A stretch of 64,000 bases of DNA. Origin: the human T2T-CHM13v2.0 reference genome, Homo sapiens. A program made the translations under genes and the position numbers. This document shows positions 15,822 through 29,508 of this stretch, in pieces (the first letter of the stretch is position 1; the number at the start of each line of letters is the position of its first letter). Location of the stretch: assembly GCF_009914755.1 (NCBI RefSeq), contig NC_060947.1, one strand, 5' to 3'. A model generated the notes under the pieces. The model saw nothing but the letters and a program-made list of their open reading frames with translations, made no database searches and had not been told where the DNA came from.

Positions 15822-17119
15822 AACAGCTTTTTTTCCTATTCCTTTTCACTGTCTACTCCCTTCTCTATCCGTTCTATATCTACATCCACCCTTTCTCTGT
15901 GGATAAAATTCCTGATGTAAATGTCAGAGAGCAGTCACTTTGTTCTAAGCATGCTTTGAGGACGTTGCTCCCTAGGGAGAAGCTGCTTCTAGAGCAAGTA
16001 TTTGATGCAGCGAACAAGGGAAGATCAAGTTGCCTGATTCGGGGCTTCAGTATAGCTCGGTAGCAGTCTGTGTATGTTTGGATGATACACTGGGGCAGGT
16101 TCAAAACAACTGTTCTGCTTACTCTAATATATATGATAATATCGTACTTTAGTTATGGGGGTAATTTTTAATCTAAGGGTCTGAAAGTTCTTTTTCAATG
16201 TATCAATTTCAGAAAAATACAATATAACTTTAAATATGGACTCATAATACTATTGAAAATCAAATATGTGAGCAGCAAACTGCCAATATTTAATTTTTTT
16301 CAAATCTGACTTCATGGTTGCTCCACCGATGCTAGCTAGTGCTATCATCATGACTATCATGGTTTACTAGTTTTAAAATATATGTTACATACCAAGTAGG
16401 CTGTGGTAGCTTTCTCTGTGGCATTTGGGAACACATTAAAAATAAGCAGCTTGACTTTTCATCCCCTTCACACCCTCTGCATTTCCCTTTTGGAGAGCTC
16501 AGAGGGAGGTGAAGTGGGAAGAAAATCAACACAAAGAAAGGAGAATAGAATTTTACCCCTGTAGAAAACAATGTGTAAAATCAAATCTATTGTTCTTAAT
16601 TCAGGTTCGGCTTCCATGCTTGCCTTTTTGTGTCTATCATTTTATTTTGGTTTAATAGTGATTTTCCATTCAGAAGTGTTCTTGTACTTATCTCTCTTTC
16701 TGCCTATCTTTATAGTCCTGCTGTGCCATTTGATGTTGCAGCTTCAGTTTATTTTGGTATTGTTCTTGATGATTCTCACTTCCTTCGCTATGGTCATTCA
16801 TTTTTATCTACATCCTTTTGTAATTCTCCATTCCCTCTTCATTTCTCAGATCCTTAACATATCTATTTTTTCAACTCCCATATATTGTTTCTCAACCTTG
16901 ACCCTTTTGGTTAACAAGTTTTATTCTCGTAATTTATCCCTACGTGTTTTATTTTGTAAAATTTCTCTGTAATTTCTCTAATTGAATTTCCAGCCACATA
17001 TTTCTTTTTGAGATTTACTTTTGGCAGTGTTCACTTGGTTACTTTCTTCTTTCATTCTGCCTTTTCATCCCCACTTTTTTGGTCTTCAGTTGTATGTGGA
17101 CCAAGCAGTATGAAGCTGT

Positions 17120-17275
17120 GAGTGAGGGCAAGTAGAAGAAACACTGGAGTTAGAGTGAGAAGGGCTGAGCTCAAGTCTAAACTCTGCCACTTAATCCTCA
17201 GAACCTCATCTGTAAAACAAAAATAATGATATTACCAGCTCTGCTAAGGGATCAAATGAGATAAAATACTTATAA
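17120..17275 (+). mobile_element. MIR SINE
   Basis: ctctgccactta..cctcatctgtaaaac..gatcaaatgagataa. Confidence 0.6.
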
Positions 17276-18389
17276 ACAGACTACAAATGTCTCCTACTTG
17301 AGGAACCTTTGGTCTTCATGGAACTTTTATTCCATAAAATGGTACCTCTTTTCCAGTTAATACAAAGCCAAAATAAAATGATGATAAGTGTTAATCATCA
17401 AATGCTTAAAACTGTCTCGAATTCTCCAAGAGGGTCAAATTAACCTCTTGGTAAAGGTATTTCAGTAATGGCACAGAGAATGCAGATTGTATCTACATCT
17501 CTCAGGTATAGAACATACCCCAAGAAGCTATGCATTTGTGTCAGAGGAGGTTGTAGAGGAAGGAATGGCATATGAAAACTTACTTGAAATACTAAAATTA
17601 AATTAGAATTAAAGGAGATCTTAGGCTCTAGGATTCAGAAATTTTTACTCAAATTTCCCATACAAAGGACTCCCATCTTAATCATTCACTTAAGTAGGTT
17701 GTACAAATTTTGCATAAATACTTTCAGTAACGAGTGTTTGCTATTTCAAGAAGCAACCCATTTCATTGTCAGTTGTCCTGTTTCGAGCAAAATCACATAT
17801 AACATTCACCTACCAATTCCAGCAACTTCCTGAACAAGTCCAATTCTTCTTACCTGGGGCAGCTCTTTGATATTTCTGAACAGCTTCTGGGTTATCTTTT
17901 CTAAAGCTCAAATTCTTGCCCCTTTGACTGTTTCTTGTATAATGTGGTTTTCCAATACTCTTCAATGTTCCAGACTACTCCACTGGTCAGTGGCCTCTAC
18001 AAACCTGATCATCCTGAGCTGGACATAGTACTCTGGACCTGTTCCTACCATAGAGATCTGGACAAAGTGATGTCACATAGGAAGTTTACTTGCCTTGGAA
18101 ACATGGGAGCTATCACTGATTTTACAGAATTGCATTATAGTCCATCAACTTTCCAGCAGGAGTCAACAAGTTTTCCTATGTATGTGTGTCAAGAACTTCC
18201 ATAAACTAATTTATTTTCAGTAAGATGGTGAGAGTTTTGAGTTAAACTATAGATAATTTCTTATTGCTACGTAGAAACCAGAGGTGTGTGTTCAATATAA
18301 TTGGAACTGTGGAATTCTTTAAGGTGGCAATGTTCAATATGTCATGTTTATGCAAAAGATAAAATACTTGATGTCAAGCTCTTATCATT

Positions 18390-18600
18390 ATTTTTAAACT
18401 GTTACTGAGTTTTTACTCTGTGCTCTGCATGTAAAGTGTTTTATATATGGAACAGCCCTGTGAGGTAGGATAATTATCATTCCCATTTTACAGATCAGGA
18501 TAATGAGGCACAGAGAAGTTTATTAATGTGTCCAAGGTTGTCTAGCTAGCCAGAATCTGAACCCAGGAAGTCTGAATCCTGACCCTATACTGCCTCACCT
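18390..18600 (-). mobile_element. MIR SINE
   Basis: aacagccctgtgaggtagg..cccattttacagat..tgaggcacagaga. Confidence 0.75.
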
Positions 18601-20759
18601 CCCTAGGCAGTGCATAATTGGAAAATATTATGTCAGTTAATTGGTTACGTTTCCCTAAAAGAAAAATATGAACAAGACATTATCCCAAAGATTCTTTTTC
18701 CCAAGTTTCCAAGGTCCATTTTATGTACTATTGGTATCTCAAGGTGATCTGAAGGGAGAAAAATAGTTCCTGTGTTTAAGGTTACATTGTTAGTAGCCAT
18801 TTTTTCTCAACTTTGCCACTTTGCCCATGAAATGGAAATGACAGATTTTCATGACATATTGTACATGAGACCACTTTGTAGGCAGTGAATACATTGTACA
18901 TGCTTATAGCTTCTCAGATTATTCATAAATCTCACATGCCTAAAAATGCAATTTAAAACAGTTTCTTCTCCAATTGTTTGCATTTTTCAAAGGGTTTTAA
19001 AACTTGTTTCATTGACAGTTCTAAGCAGTTAAAACACGCATAATAATAATGAATTAAGAAGTTTAAGAATGTTTTTACAAGTGGACTAAATGTGTAGGGA
19101 ATGGTAGAGGACAAGAAATGGAAACAATCTTGTAATAGTACATCATAATTGTCCAAAGCACAAATTCAGTTAGCTTCAACTATCTATGATGCTCAAAGAA
19201 GCATGGGGGAGAAATTTACATTCGTTATGTTGGGTCTGTCCTGTATATCCTTGTAATAACAACCATAACAGCAACAATAAAGCCCCAATGACACAAAGAA
19301 ATTCTCAAAATTAATATTGTGTTTTAATGGGACAATATGAATGTCTTACATCCATCTCTATTTTAACATCTGAGTCCTATTTATTAGCGAACTTCCTTTT
19401 ATCCATCTTTGTTCCTCACACACTATGAGTAATTCTTTCAGTTGTTCATACTATCTCCCTTCATGTGATATATTTACCGAATTATCATGGCCCACTTATA
19501 AGCATCGCTTTGGAAGACGAAACAAAGTAAGTCCATTCAATCTCTGTGCAAATGACATTTTCAAAAACAAATTGAAAAAAAATCCATTCAATATAAGATG
19601 CAATAAAAATGCCGTAAAAACTGGATACAAAGTCAAACCAAGCAAGTTTGTACTTTTTAATTATTGTCTTTCTCAAATGGGAAGGAAAATAAAAAATACA
19701 AGAACTTTAATTTTTGAGACCAGACTGGGAAACTGTAATTACATTAGCAACATCCAACAGTGTTATCAACACTGAGCAATTCCTCTCATCTCAACACAGC
19801 AGCCGACTCAGAAAATCACACCTTCTAGCTCATGGGATTTGTGACACTTGGTAATGCATGTGTAATTGGGTAAAAATAGTCATTACTGCAAACTTTATTT
19901 TTTTTATTTGCTTCTGTATTTCTCTAAAGGAAAAAATACTCATGGATCTCCTGCTGCTGCTTCAAGAAGGCTATGGGCAGATTCTGTTTGAAGGAGTATA
20001 TAGCATGACTTTTTTCAGTCCCAGTCATGTAAGTGCTGCCATATTCCTGACAGGAAAGAAGAGGTGCCAGCAGAATCACTGGGAGTTCTCCTTCTTACAA
20101 AGCAGCAGGAGCTGCCTGGAAGGTTCCCAATCACTTTCTCTTGACCAGATCTCCTTGTCTCCATTTATGCTAATTTCTCACATTCTTGGATGCTGCTTCC
20201 AGACCATATTCCTAAAATATGAATCAATAATATTCCTCCTCTGCTCAAAAACCTACCATGGCCTCTTATTGCTGATTGCTTAAAGTCTATCCTTCCAGCA
20301 TGCAACCAGAGAATAAATTCATTAGGAAATGTAGCCCCATTCTCTTGGTAATACTTATTTTCCTCTTTTCTATACCTTGAACCCTCTGCTTTTGTCTTGT
20401 TTGGTACCAGTGTTCTACTTTTGTTGGTGGCGTGTTCTCTCCTTGAACTGCCTTTTCTTCTCCCTTTTGCCTACTCAAATCTCTGCCTTTCCTCCAGCCC
20501 TCATCCATCCCTGAGGCCTTCTCTATCTTCCTATCATTCAGATAAAAAGGCCTTTTCTGCAAGAAAGGAACAAAGCCATACAAAGGCAGAAGGGGATTTA
20601 GGGGTGGGAAAGTTTACCCCTCACCTTTAATTCCATGTCGTCTAAATATATAATTGCCACATTTCATTCCATTTTAACTCCACCTAGTAGATGTTCCGTG
20701 GCATCTTATTTTTAATTCTTTCATTTATTTTTTGAAACAGAAAGTTACCACTTTCTTCC

Positions 20760-21535
20760 AAAGTTGTCAGTCCTCCTCTGTGTTCTGTCTCTTTGATGCT
20801 ACCTTATACTCAGGATGCACAAACCTGAAATTCCAAACATCGTCCTTCAGAATTCTTTTCTCTCCTTTGCTGCACATCTGGTCTTCAAGAACTATAGTTT
20901 CTAATGTTAACATCTTCTCCTCCTCTTCACTGTTGCTCCCTTAGTTGAACCTTCACCGTTTCCCTGAAGATTTTCTGTAGCAGTCTCCCAATAGATCCCA
21001 TATGCTTAATTCATTTTCCACGTTTGTCTTTGTTCTGAAGGGAAAATATGATCATTTAAGGAAAAAATTCCGGAGTGGCACTCCATTGCTTTTAGTGTAC
21101 AATTGAAATTTTGTAGTTGAACTGCCACGTTTTCTCTGATCTGTCTTGCTTCTTTCCTCGCATCCTTTCTTCCTCTTACTGTCAGTCTTATCCTTCCCCA
21201 CCACTTGACCCTGAACATGACAAGGTCCTTTATGACCCACATCACTCTCTCTACCTGCAATGTGTTACCCCATCTTTTCTCCTCATCCCCTATTCAATCA
21301 CCAAAATTCCTTAAAAGAATCATCACAACTGAGGAAGTTTCCAGAACATCCAGATCTAGGTAACATTCTATTTCTCTGTGTGTACTTAATCCTATCACAG
21401 CACTTAATCGTCACTTTTAATGTTGGTCTGCCCAAATAAAGTCTGAACATTGTGAAGGCAGAGCACCTAGCATCTAGCACAAGACCTGGCGAAAATGAAG
21501 TCCTCGTAAATAATTATGAATGCATGAATAAATAG
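20760..21535 (+). mobile_element. Degraded L2 fragment
   Basis: C/T-rich body ending ctagcacaagacctggc..taaataattatgaatgcatgaataaa. Confidence 0.55.
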
Positions 21536-22489
21536 CATGTAATCCAAAGTTTCTCCATATGGCTTTTTATTTTTAGAACTGTTCATTGGTCTACATACAT
21601 ATGTTTTTCTAAGATTACAAAGACTTTGACAATCAAGGACTCGGTGTCTCTAAAACTGCACTGGAATAGCCTTACACAGGAGGGAGTTTGAGAAATACAC
21701 TAGGGATCATGACTATTAGAGTAAGAGGCCTAATATGTGGACTGATCAAGAGGCTACATTTACACCTTTATTCCTCCTTTCTGCTCAGCCTTTAATAGAT
21801 ACATCTTTGGGTTATCGAGCAGAAGAGTAATCATTTCTCAGGACATCATTTTCAGGTCTAGCCAAGGGCACCCATCAACAGAGCCCATCATCAGCTGCGG
21901 TTGACCAGAGCTCTAATTTGGCCGTTATCACTGAACTCTTTTGTAAGAAAGGTTGACTAAGCAGTGAACTTGTCTGTTTCACAAGATATAGAGAGCTCTC
22001 CCTCTAAACTCCCTTAAGTTTCAAGACCTTTCTTTCTTGTTAATGTCTGGGAACCATAGATGAAGTATAAATAACCACTGAGGGAGTGGTGCGATAGAGA
22101 CATAATGGCAGATCAACAATCGAGCAGGCTAGAATCCTGCTCTCGATGAAACTATTAATATCACAACCAGAAAATCTATTGGCACAGTGGTTTCAATATC
22201 TTAAACTTATACAGAATTTAGAATGAAAAAGACAGTGTATGTATTCAGTAAATGGAGTAAATACAGGAACCAAAATGCATACCAAATGCTCATCATATTG
22301 TCAAACTTGTCCAGTTCCATGTATTTTCTTTTTTTGACATTTGGTTGACCTGGGGCTCGATCATGTTTTTGGAATAATTTGAAACATGGTCTTCCCATGT
22401 ATTTTTCCATAGCCTGCTATATTGTACTGTATCATATAGCTCTTCCATACCAGCCAAATTGCTCCACAACTTGTTCCTAAAATAGTCTT

Positions 22490-22873
<384 letters not shown>

Positions 22874-23674
22874 CTAGCTAACTTGATAAAAAGTGTATGG
22901 TACTAGAAAGGCAAAATGAGTACTAACTTTGAAGGAGTTTATCTTGCAGGCAGAAAAGATCCCAAGAGGGTTGAATCGGGGTATGTGCAACGTGATCAGA
23001 GCTTTGTTTAGGAATAGAACTCTCCTCCAAGATATTACCATCCCAAAATAGGTACTAGTAGTGCCTTGGTTCATTTAGGAGAGTTAATATGATAATTTGT
23101 GACTGTTACTTTTTGAGTAAGTTATAGACTCACTTAAGTCATGAAACTTATGTAAGGTATAAAAATCTAAGCAATAGTAACTTCATTCTTAAATTTTTTA
23201 TTTTCAAAGTGCTTCATGAACATTATTCCAAAATAATACTGTCAGTGTTATACCAAGAAGGATAACTGATGGACTCTAGATCTAAATGTCAGTAGTACTA
23301 TCATGGCAAGCAGGAACTGCTCCTGCTTCAAATTCTAAATAGCATTAGGTCGTTAATTAACTTATTCATTCAAAACATTTTTTGGTTTCCTATTCCAAGT
23401 AGTGTTAGAGGCACTTAAGACAAAACAGCAGAAAGAACAGACAAAAATCCCTGCCCTCATGGAGTTTATATTCCAGAAGGAGAAGACAATGAAAAAATAA
23501 ATAGTAAAAAATATGATAGGATAGAAAGTGATGGATGTTACCAAGGGAAATGAAGCAGGAAAGGGGGATAGGATGCAGAGAGAGGAGATCTCATTAAGGA
23601 AGGCTCACTGATAAAGTGATAGTTGGGCATAGAATTGAAGGAGGTGAGGCAACACGTCAGAAAATAAGAATATT

Positions 23675-24268
23675 TATGGTAGATTGTTTGCAAAAATGAA
23701 CACAAAAATTGCCATTCCTATATCCATGTCCTTGGGTAGCCCCTTTCACACTGAGTCTAGATTTAGTCATGTGACCTACTTTGACAACAGTAATTATGAC
23801 CCAAGCAGAGACTTGAAATGTATTATGCGCTGTGGTGCTTTCTCTCTCTCTCTCCCTCCCTCCCCCTCCCTCCCTCCCTCTCTCTCCTCAGAAACTTGTG
23901 ACCACTATTATGTGAACAAGCCTGGGTTATACTGTTAGATGACGAGAAGCATATGGCCAATTCATTCCCATTGCCCTATCAACATCAAACCACTGCTATC
24001 CTAATATAAAAGCATTCGTAGATAATAAATAAACAAATGGACATAGATGTGTTCTAAAAAAACTTTACTTGTAAAAAGAGTTAGCAGACCAGATTTGGCT
24101 AGTAGCCTGTAGTTTGCTGACTGCAGCCCTGGACCTTCCACCCTCAGCCGAACTGGTTGATGAGAACTGTCCAGTCAACCCAGAGAATCCTGAGAAGTAA
24201 TAATTGATTGTTGTTTTACTCCATTATGTTTTAGATTGCTTTGCTATATAACAAAACTTAACTGCTAC
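23675..24268 (+). mobile_element. MLT1 LTR containing a (CT)/(CCCT) tract and a MER58-like fragment (~24030-24130)
   Basis: gtcatgtgacctactttg; accactattatgtgaacaagcctggg; aattgattgttgtttta..ttgctttgc. Confidence 0.65.
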
Positions 24269-25189
24269 CATGTTCCAGACAGAAGAAACTAGATACAAAA
24301 ATCCTAAGAAGTTAGTAGTCTTGAGGTACTTTACTAATTATAAATAGAGAAATGTTGCTGGAGTCAAGTGAACAAGGAGAGCAGTAGAAGGAAATAAGGG
24401 CAGAAGAAACAGGATGGGGTAGGGAAGGGGATAGGCCTAATGTATGAGCTGTGAGGACCATTGTAACAGAGGAGTGACATGATTTGGCTTCTATTTTTAA
24501 AGCTCAGTCTGGCTGCTGTATTGAAAATAGTCTGTATAGTACCAGGGAAAAAGCAGGGAGATCAGAGTCCGTTGTGACAGCCTGGGTGGGAAGTGGTGGT
24601 AGATAGAATATGGGTGGTAGCAATGGAGGTTGTGACAGGGGGTCAGAATCTGTGTATATTTTGCCTAAGATTCACTGATAATTTGGATGTCAGGTACATG
24701 AGAAAGAGAGGAATTAAAGATGACTTTATGGCTTTTGTTCTGAAAAATTGGAAATTTCCATAAATTTGAGATGGAGAAGGTATGGGGAAAAATATGAGGA
24801 GTTCTATGTGGTACACTTACCTCCCATGATTTGATATAACGTCTTTGGGAAAATATAGTCAATTACATAAATTTTTAATCAAAAAACCATGTAGTTTATT
24901 TAAAAGCCATAATACCCTAGAGGCATAGTATGTGTGTGTATATATATGTATATACTTTATATGTATGTATGTATATATTTACGTATTATTAAAAACGACA
25001 AACTTTGCCCCCACTTGTACTTCTCTTCTAATCATGATTCCCAAAGAAAACCTCTTTAAGATGTTTCTTCTGGAAGTTATCTTCATAACTCTATATAATG
25101 TGCTCGTTCTGTTATACACTGCTTTGTCTGTTTTAGACATTATCTTTTTCCTTCCTGGCTTTTTTCATTCTTTTTGTTTTGTTTTTTTT

Positions 25190-25380
25190 TATTTTAAAAT
25201 AAGTACTTGATAAATAAGGATTGTATATATTCAAGGCGTATGATGTTACGAATTGATATACATAATGATGACCAAAATCAAATTAATTTACACATCCATC
25301 ACTACCCATGCTACACATTAGATTCCCAGAATTTGTTCATCATAAAACTGAAAGTGTGTACCCTTTGATCAATATCTATG
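25190..25380 (-). mobile_element. L1MA-type 3' end fragment
   Basis: ttgtatatattcaagg..cacatccatcact..aactgaaagtgtgtaccctttga. Confidence 0.65.
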
Positions 25381-25554
25381 TGGCAGATTAAGATGTCTAG
25401 TAGTAGATATTCAAGTAGGTATTATATACATGGGTCTGGAGTTCAGGGGAGAGAATTAGACCAGAGGTGTAAATTTGGAATAATCAACACATAGAGTGCA
25501 TTTTCAATCCATGAGTTTGATAAGATCACCAAAGGAGTGCATTATACAGTTGAT

Positions 25555-26530
25555 AGAAAAGTCTAAATACCCATCAATGGATCAATAGATAAAGAAAATG
25601 TGGTACATATACACAATGGAATACTATTCAGCCATAAAAAAGAATGAAATCCTGCCATTTTTGACAACATGGATGAGTTTGGAGGATGTTATGGTAAGTG
25701 AAATAAGCCACACACAGAAAGATAAATATCCATGATGTCACTCATATGTGGAATCTTAAAAAAAAACTTGGTCTTACAGAAATAGAGAGTGTAATGATGG
25801 TTACCAGAGGCTGAAGTTGTTAGGGAGTAAAGGAGTCAGGGAGATGTTGGTCCATAATTACATTTAGATAGAAAAAATAAATTTCAAGAGATCTATTGTA
25901 TAGCAAAATGACTGTAGTTAATGCTGATATATTGTACTCTTGAAAAATGTAGAGTGGATGTTATGTGCTATCACCACAAAAATGATAACTAGTCCAACAA
26001 CGATAGACTGGATCAAGAAAATGTGGCACATATACACCATGGAATACTATGCAGCCATAAAAAATGAAGAGTTCATGTCCTTTGTAGGGACATGGATGAA
26101 ATTGGAAACCATCATTCTCAGCAAACTATCACAAGGACAAAAAACCAAACACCACATGTTCTCACTCATAGGTGGGAATTGAACAATGAGACCACATGGA
26201 CACAGGAAGGGGAACATCACACACTGGGGCCTGTTGTGGGGTGGGGGGAGTGGGGAGGGATAGCATTAGGAGATATACCTAATGTTAAATGATGAGTTAA
26301 TGGGTGCAGCACACCAACATGGCACATGTATACATATGTAACAAACCTGCACATTGTGCACATGTACCCTAAAACTTAAAGTATATTAAAAAAAAAGAAA
26401 AAAAATGATAACTATGTGAAGTAATATATTTGTTAATTAGCTAGATTTAACCATTCTGCAATGTATATATACTTCAAAACATCATGTTGTACATGATAAA
26501 AGCATATAATATCATCTGTTAATTAAAAAC
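25555..26530 (+). mobile_element. L1MA-type 3' end interrupted by an L1PA fragment
   Basis: ccatcaatggat..aagaaaatgtggtacatatacacaatggaatactattcagccataaaaaag; resumes at 26415. Confidence 0.85.
25992..26400 (+). mobile_element. 5'-truncated L1PA4/5 3' end
   Basis: Encodes the ORF2 C-terminus [18 protein letters not shown]...FSLIGGN; L1PA 3'UTR; perfect 14-bp TSD aaaaatgataacta. Confidence 0.95.
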
Positions 26531-26543
26531 TATATGTATATAA

Positions 26544-26847
<304 letters not shown>

Positions 26848-26991
26848 GGACATAAATAACTGAGCCTTGGGACATTCCAATACTAAGATGTCAGGAAGAT
26901 GAAGAGGCATTGAGGAACATTAGGCAGAACTGAGAAAGAGAGGTCAGAGGGATAGAAAGAAAACTGGGAGAGTGAAATATCCTGAAGATCA

Positions 26992-27213
<222 letters not shown>

Positions 27214-27864
27214 CTAAGAATTAACCCTTGTATTTATCAGTGTGGAGGAAATTGGAGTCTATGACAAAACGAACTTTTATGGAGTTATGGACATGAATGC
27301 CTGATAGGCACGGGTTTAAGAGGAGTTGGAAGGAGAGAAAATGGGCACTACGAATACGGAGAGCATTTTAAGGAGTTTAGCATGAAGGAGATTAGTCAGA
27401 GGGTTATTAGAGTGATATTTTAGGGTAGGGTAAAAAAAATCCTGTGGGTTTTTTTTTTTTTCCTGAAGAGAATGATCCAATGAGGAGAGAGAAAATGATG
27501 ATGCAGAAAAGCGAGTAAGGCCATCTTAGAGCAAGCAAACCATTCAAGCCACCAGATGGCTGCATCAGCAAGAGTGACTTCAGATGAGAAATACAAGCAA
27601 CGTCCTTGGGTAGACAAGAGGAGCTGTAGGGCAAAAATTGAGAGGTTAGACTTAGATAGGGGCCTGGAGGTTTCATCCAGTAACAGGAGAGGAGGTAGAG
27701 TAAATGCATCCAGATGCTGGTGGGTGGGAAGGTGTCGTGGTAGGCAGAAGTCTGTGGAAATTTGTATATTTCCAACTTCTTTTCAATGAAATAGAATGCA
27801 AGGTTACCAGTTGAGAGTGAGGAGGGTTTGGGAGAAGGTGCGAGTGGTTAGAGGTTGGGAGAAG

Positions 27865-28530
27865 TAGTAGATTGTTCCAGTAATAACTCATAGTACATCA
27901 AGCCCTTGTTATACCTCTCCCACACTAATTCTCGGCTTGACTATGTGATTTGCTTTAGCTAAGAGGATGTTAGCAAGTATGATGTAAGCAGAGGAATACA
28001 AAACGCTCATTTCTAGGAACTCTCCCACCAGCATTTGAGGAAACCCAAGTTAGCAAGCTGGAGACATGTGGCCTAGCCAACAGCAATCACCCACTGCCAT
28101 CTTAGACCAGCCAGCCCCACTTGAGTCATCAGATAACCACGGCCACATGGTTGATACTAGGTAGATACAAGTCTAGTAGAACAACAACCCAACATTCAAA
28201 CCCAAATTATTGACCCACAAAATCATGAGCAAATAAAATGATTATTGCTTTGAACTACACGACAAATATCTCTTATCCAAAATGCTTGGGACAAGCAATG
28301 TTTCACATTTCAGATTCTGGAATATTTGTATTACACTTACCAGTTGAGTACCCTAAATCCAAAAATCTGAAATCTGAAATGCTCCAATAAGCATTTCCTT
28401 TAAGTGTCATGTCAGCACTCAACAAGTTTCAAATTTTGGAGTGTTTCAGATTTTGAATTTTCAGATTTTGGATGCTCAGTCTGTGCTATGTATTGGGATG
28501 GCTTACTGTGTAGCAAAGGCTAACCAATAC
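27865..28530 (+). mobile_element. MLT1 LTR interrupted by a Tigger element
   Basis: gactatgtgatttgcttt; gccatcttagaccagccagcccc; aatcatgagcaaataaaatgattattgcttt; tagcaaaggctaaccaatac. Confidence 0.7.
28262..28483. mobile_element. Tigger4a/MER46-like DNA transposon
   Basis: cttatccaaaatgcttgggac...aaatctgaaatgctccaa..gatgctcagtctg. Confidence 0.8.
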
Positions 28531-29210
28531 GGAAGAGAATGGGAGAGTAGGAGAGTAAATGGAATAGGAAAATATGTTTGTCGGCGGCACTAAGGGCCCA
28601 CTTATGAGTCATACTCATTAAGTTTAAGTGTGTTCAGTCGGAATGGCTGGGTGTTTCTCCAGCCACGTTCAGCTGCGTGGGTGCAGGTGTGCTGTAGGGA
28701 CAAAATATATTTAATCAGGTTAGGGATTTTGCCAAACAAGTACAACAAAGCAGGTCAGGTAAGGTGGAAATGTATGCAAACGAATGATTATCATCATTTA
28801 CTATGGGATTTAACTTGAGCAAATAGAGGAGATCAAGCACTTGAGGTACAGTAAAAATGTTGTGGACCAATTGATTGATTTCCCAAGGGGATTATAGAAT
28901 TTTTGAGCATCAGGACTCTAGAGAGAATGAACTAGGACTCCAGAGATAACGAACCAGAAAAAGAGGAGGTGGTGTTCAGAGAGTCTGATGCGTAAGATAG
29001 AGATTATGGAAACAGTGCAGTTATCCCAGGTGACAAGGTCTATGATATGACCATAACAATGAGTGGCTGAGTGGACCGGAGGATGAGATCATGAGAAGAG
29101 AACGGATCAAGGGACTAAAAGGCCAGGTTGTGAATGGATCATCTATGTGGATATTAAAATGACCAGGAATTAGAACACAGCAGATACTGAAGATTACCAT
29201 TAGCCAGGAG

Positions 29211-29508
29211 CTAAGATCATCAACAAATATGGATTTGAAGTTTCTAGAAAACTATAACAAGAAAGGATGGAGGGGAGCATAATATCATAGCATTAGATTC
29301 TAAACTAAGATCTAAGATAATCAACAAATACGGGGTTGGAGTCTCTAGAAAACTATAACAAGAAAGGATGGAGGGGAGAATAATATCAGGGCATTAGATT
29401 CTAAACTAAGATCTAAGATCATCAAAAAATATGGGGTTGGAATCTCTAGAAAACTATAACAAGAAGGGATGGAGGGGAGCATAATATCATGGCATTAGAT
29501 TCTAAACT
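29211..29508. repeat. Tandem repeat, 101-bp unit, ~3 copies
   Basis: Units begin ctaagat at 29211, 29312 and 29413. Confidence 0.95.

Noticed and set aside
15880-16104. Overlapping open frames on both strands and the palindrome ctccctagggag (EBF-like)
   Set aside because: Only 60-74 codons with no clear splice pair or homology; a single short motif is at chance level
29211-29508. CRISPR-like array
   Set aside because: Whole units repeat with no unique spacers, there are no cas genes, and the context is mammalian
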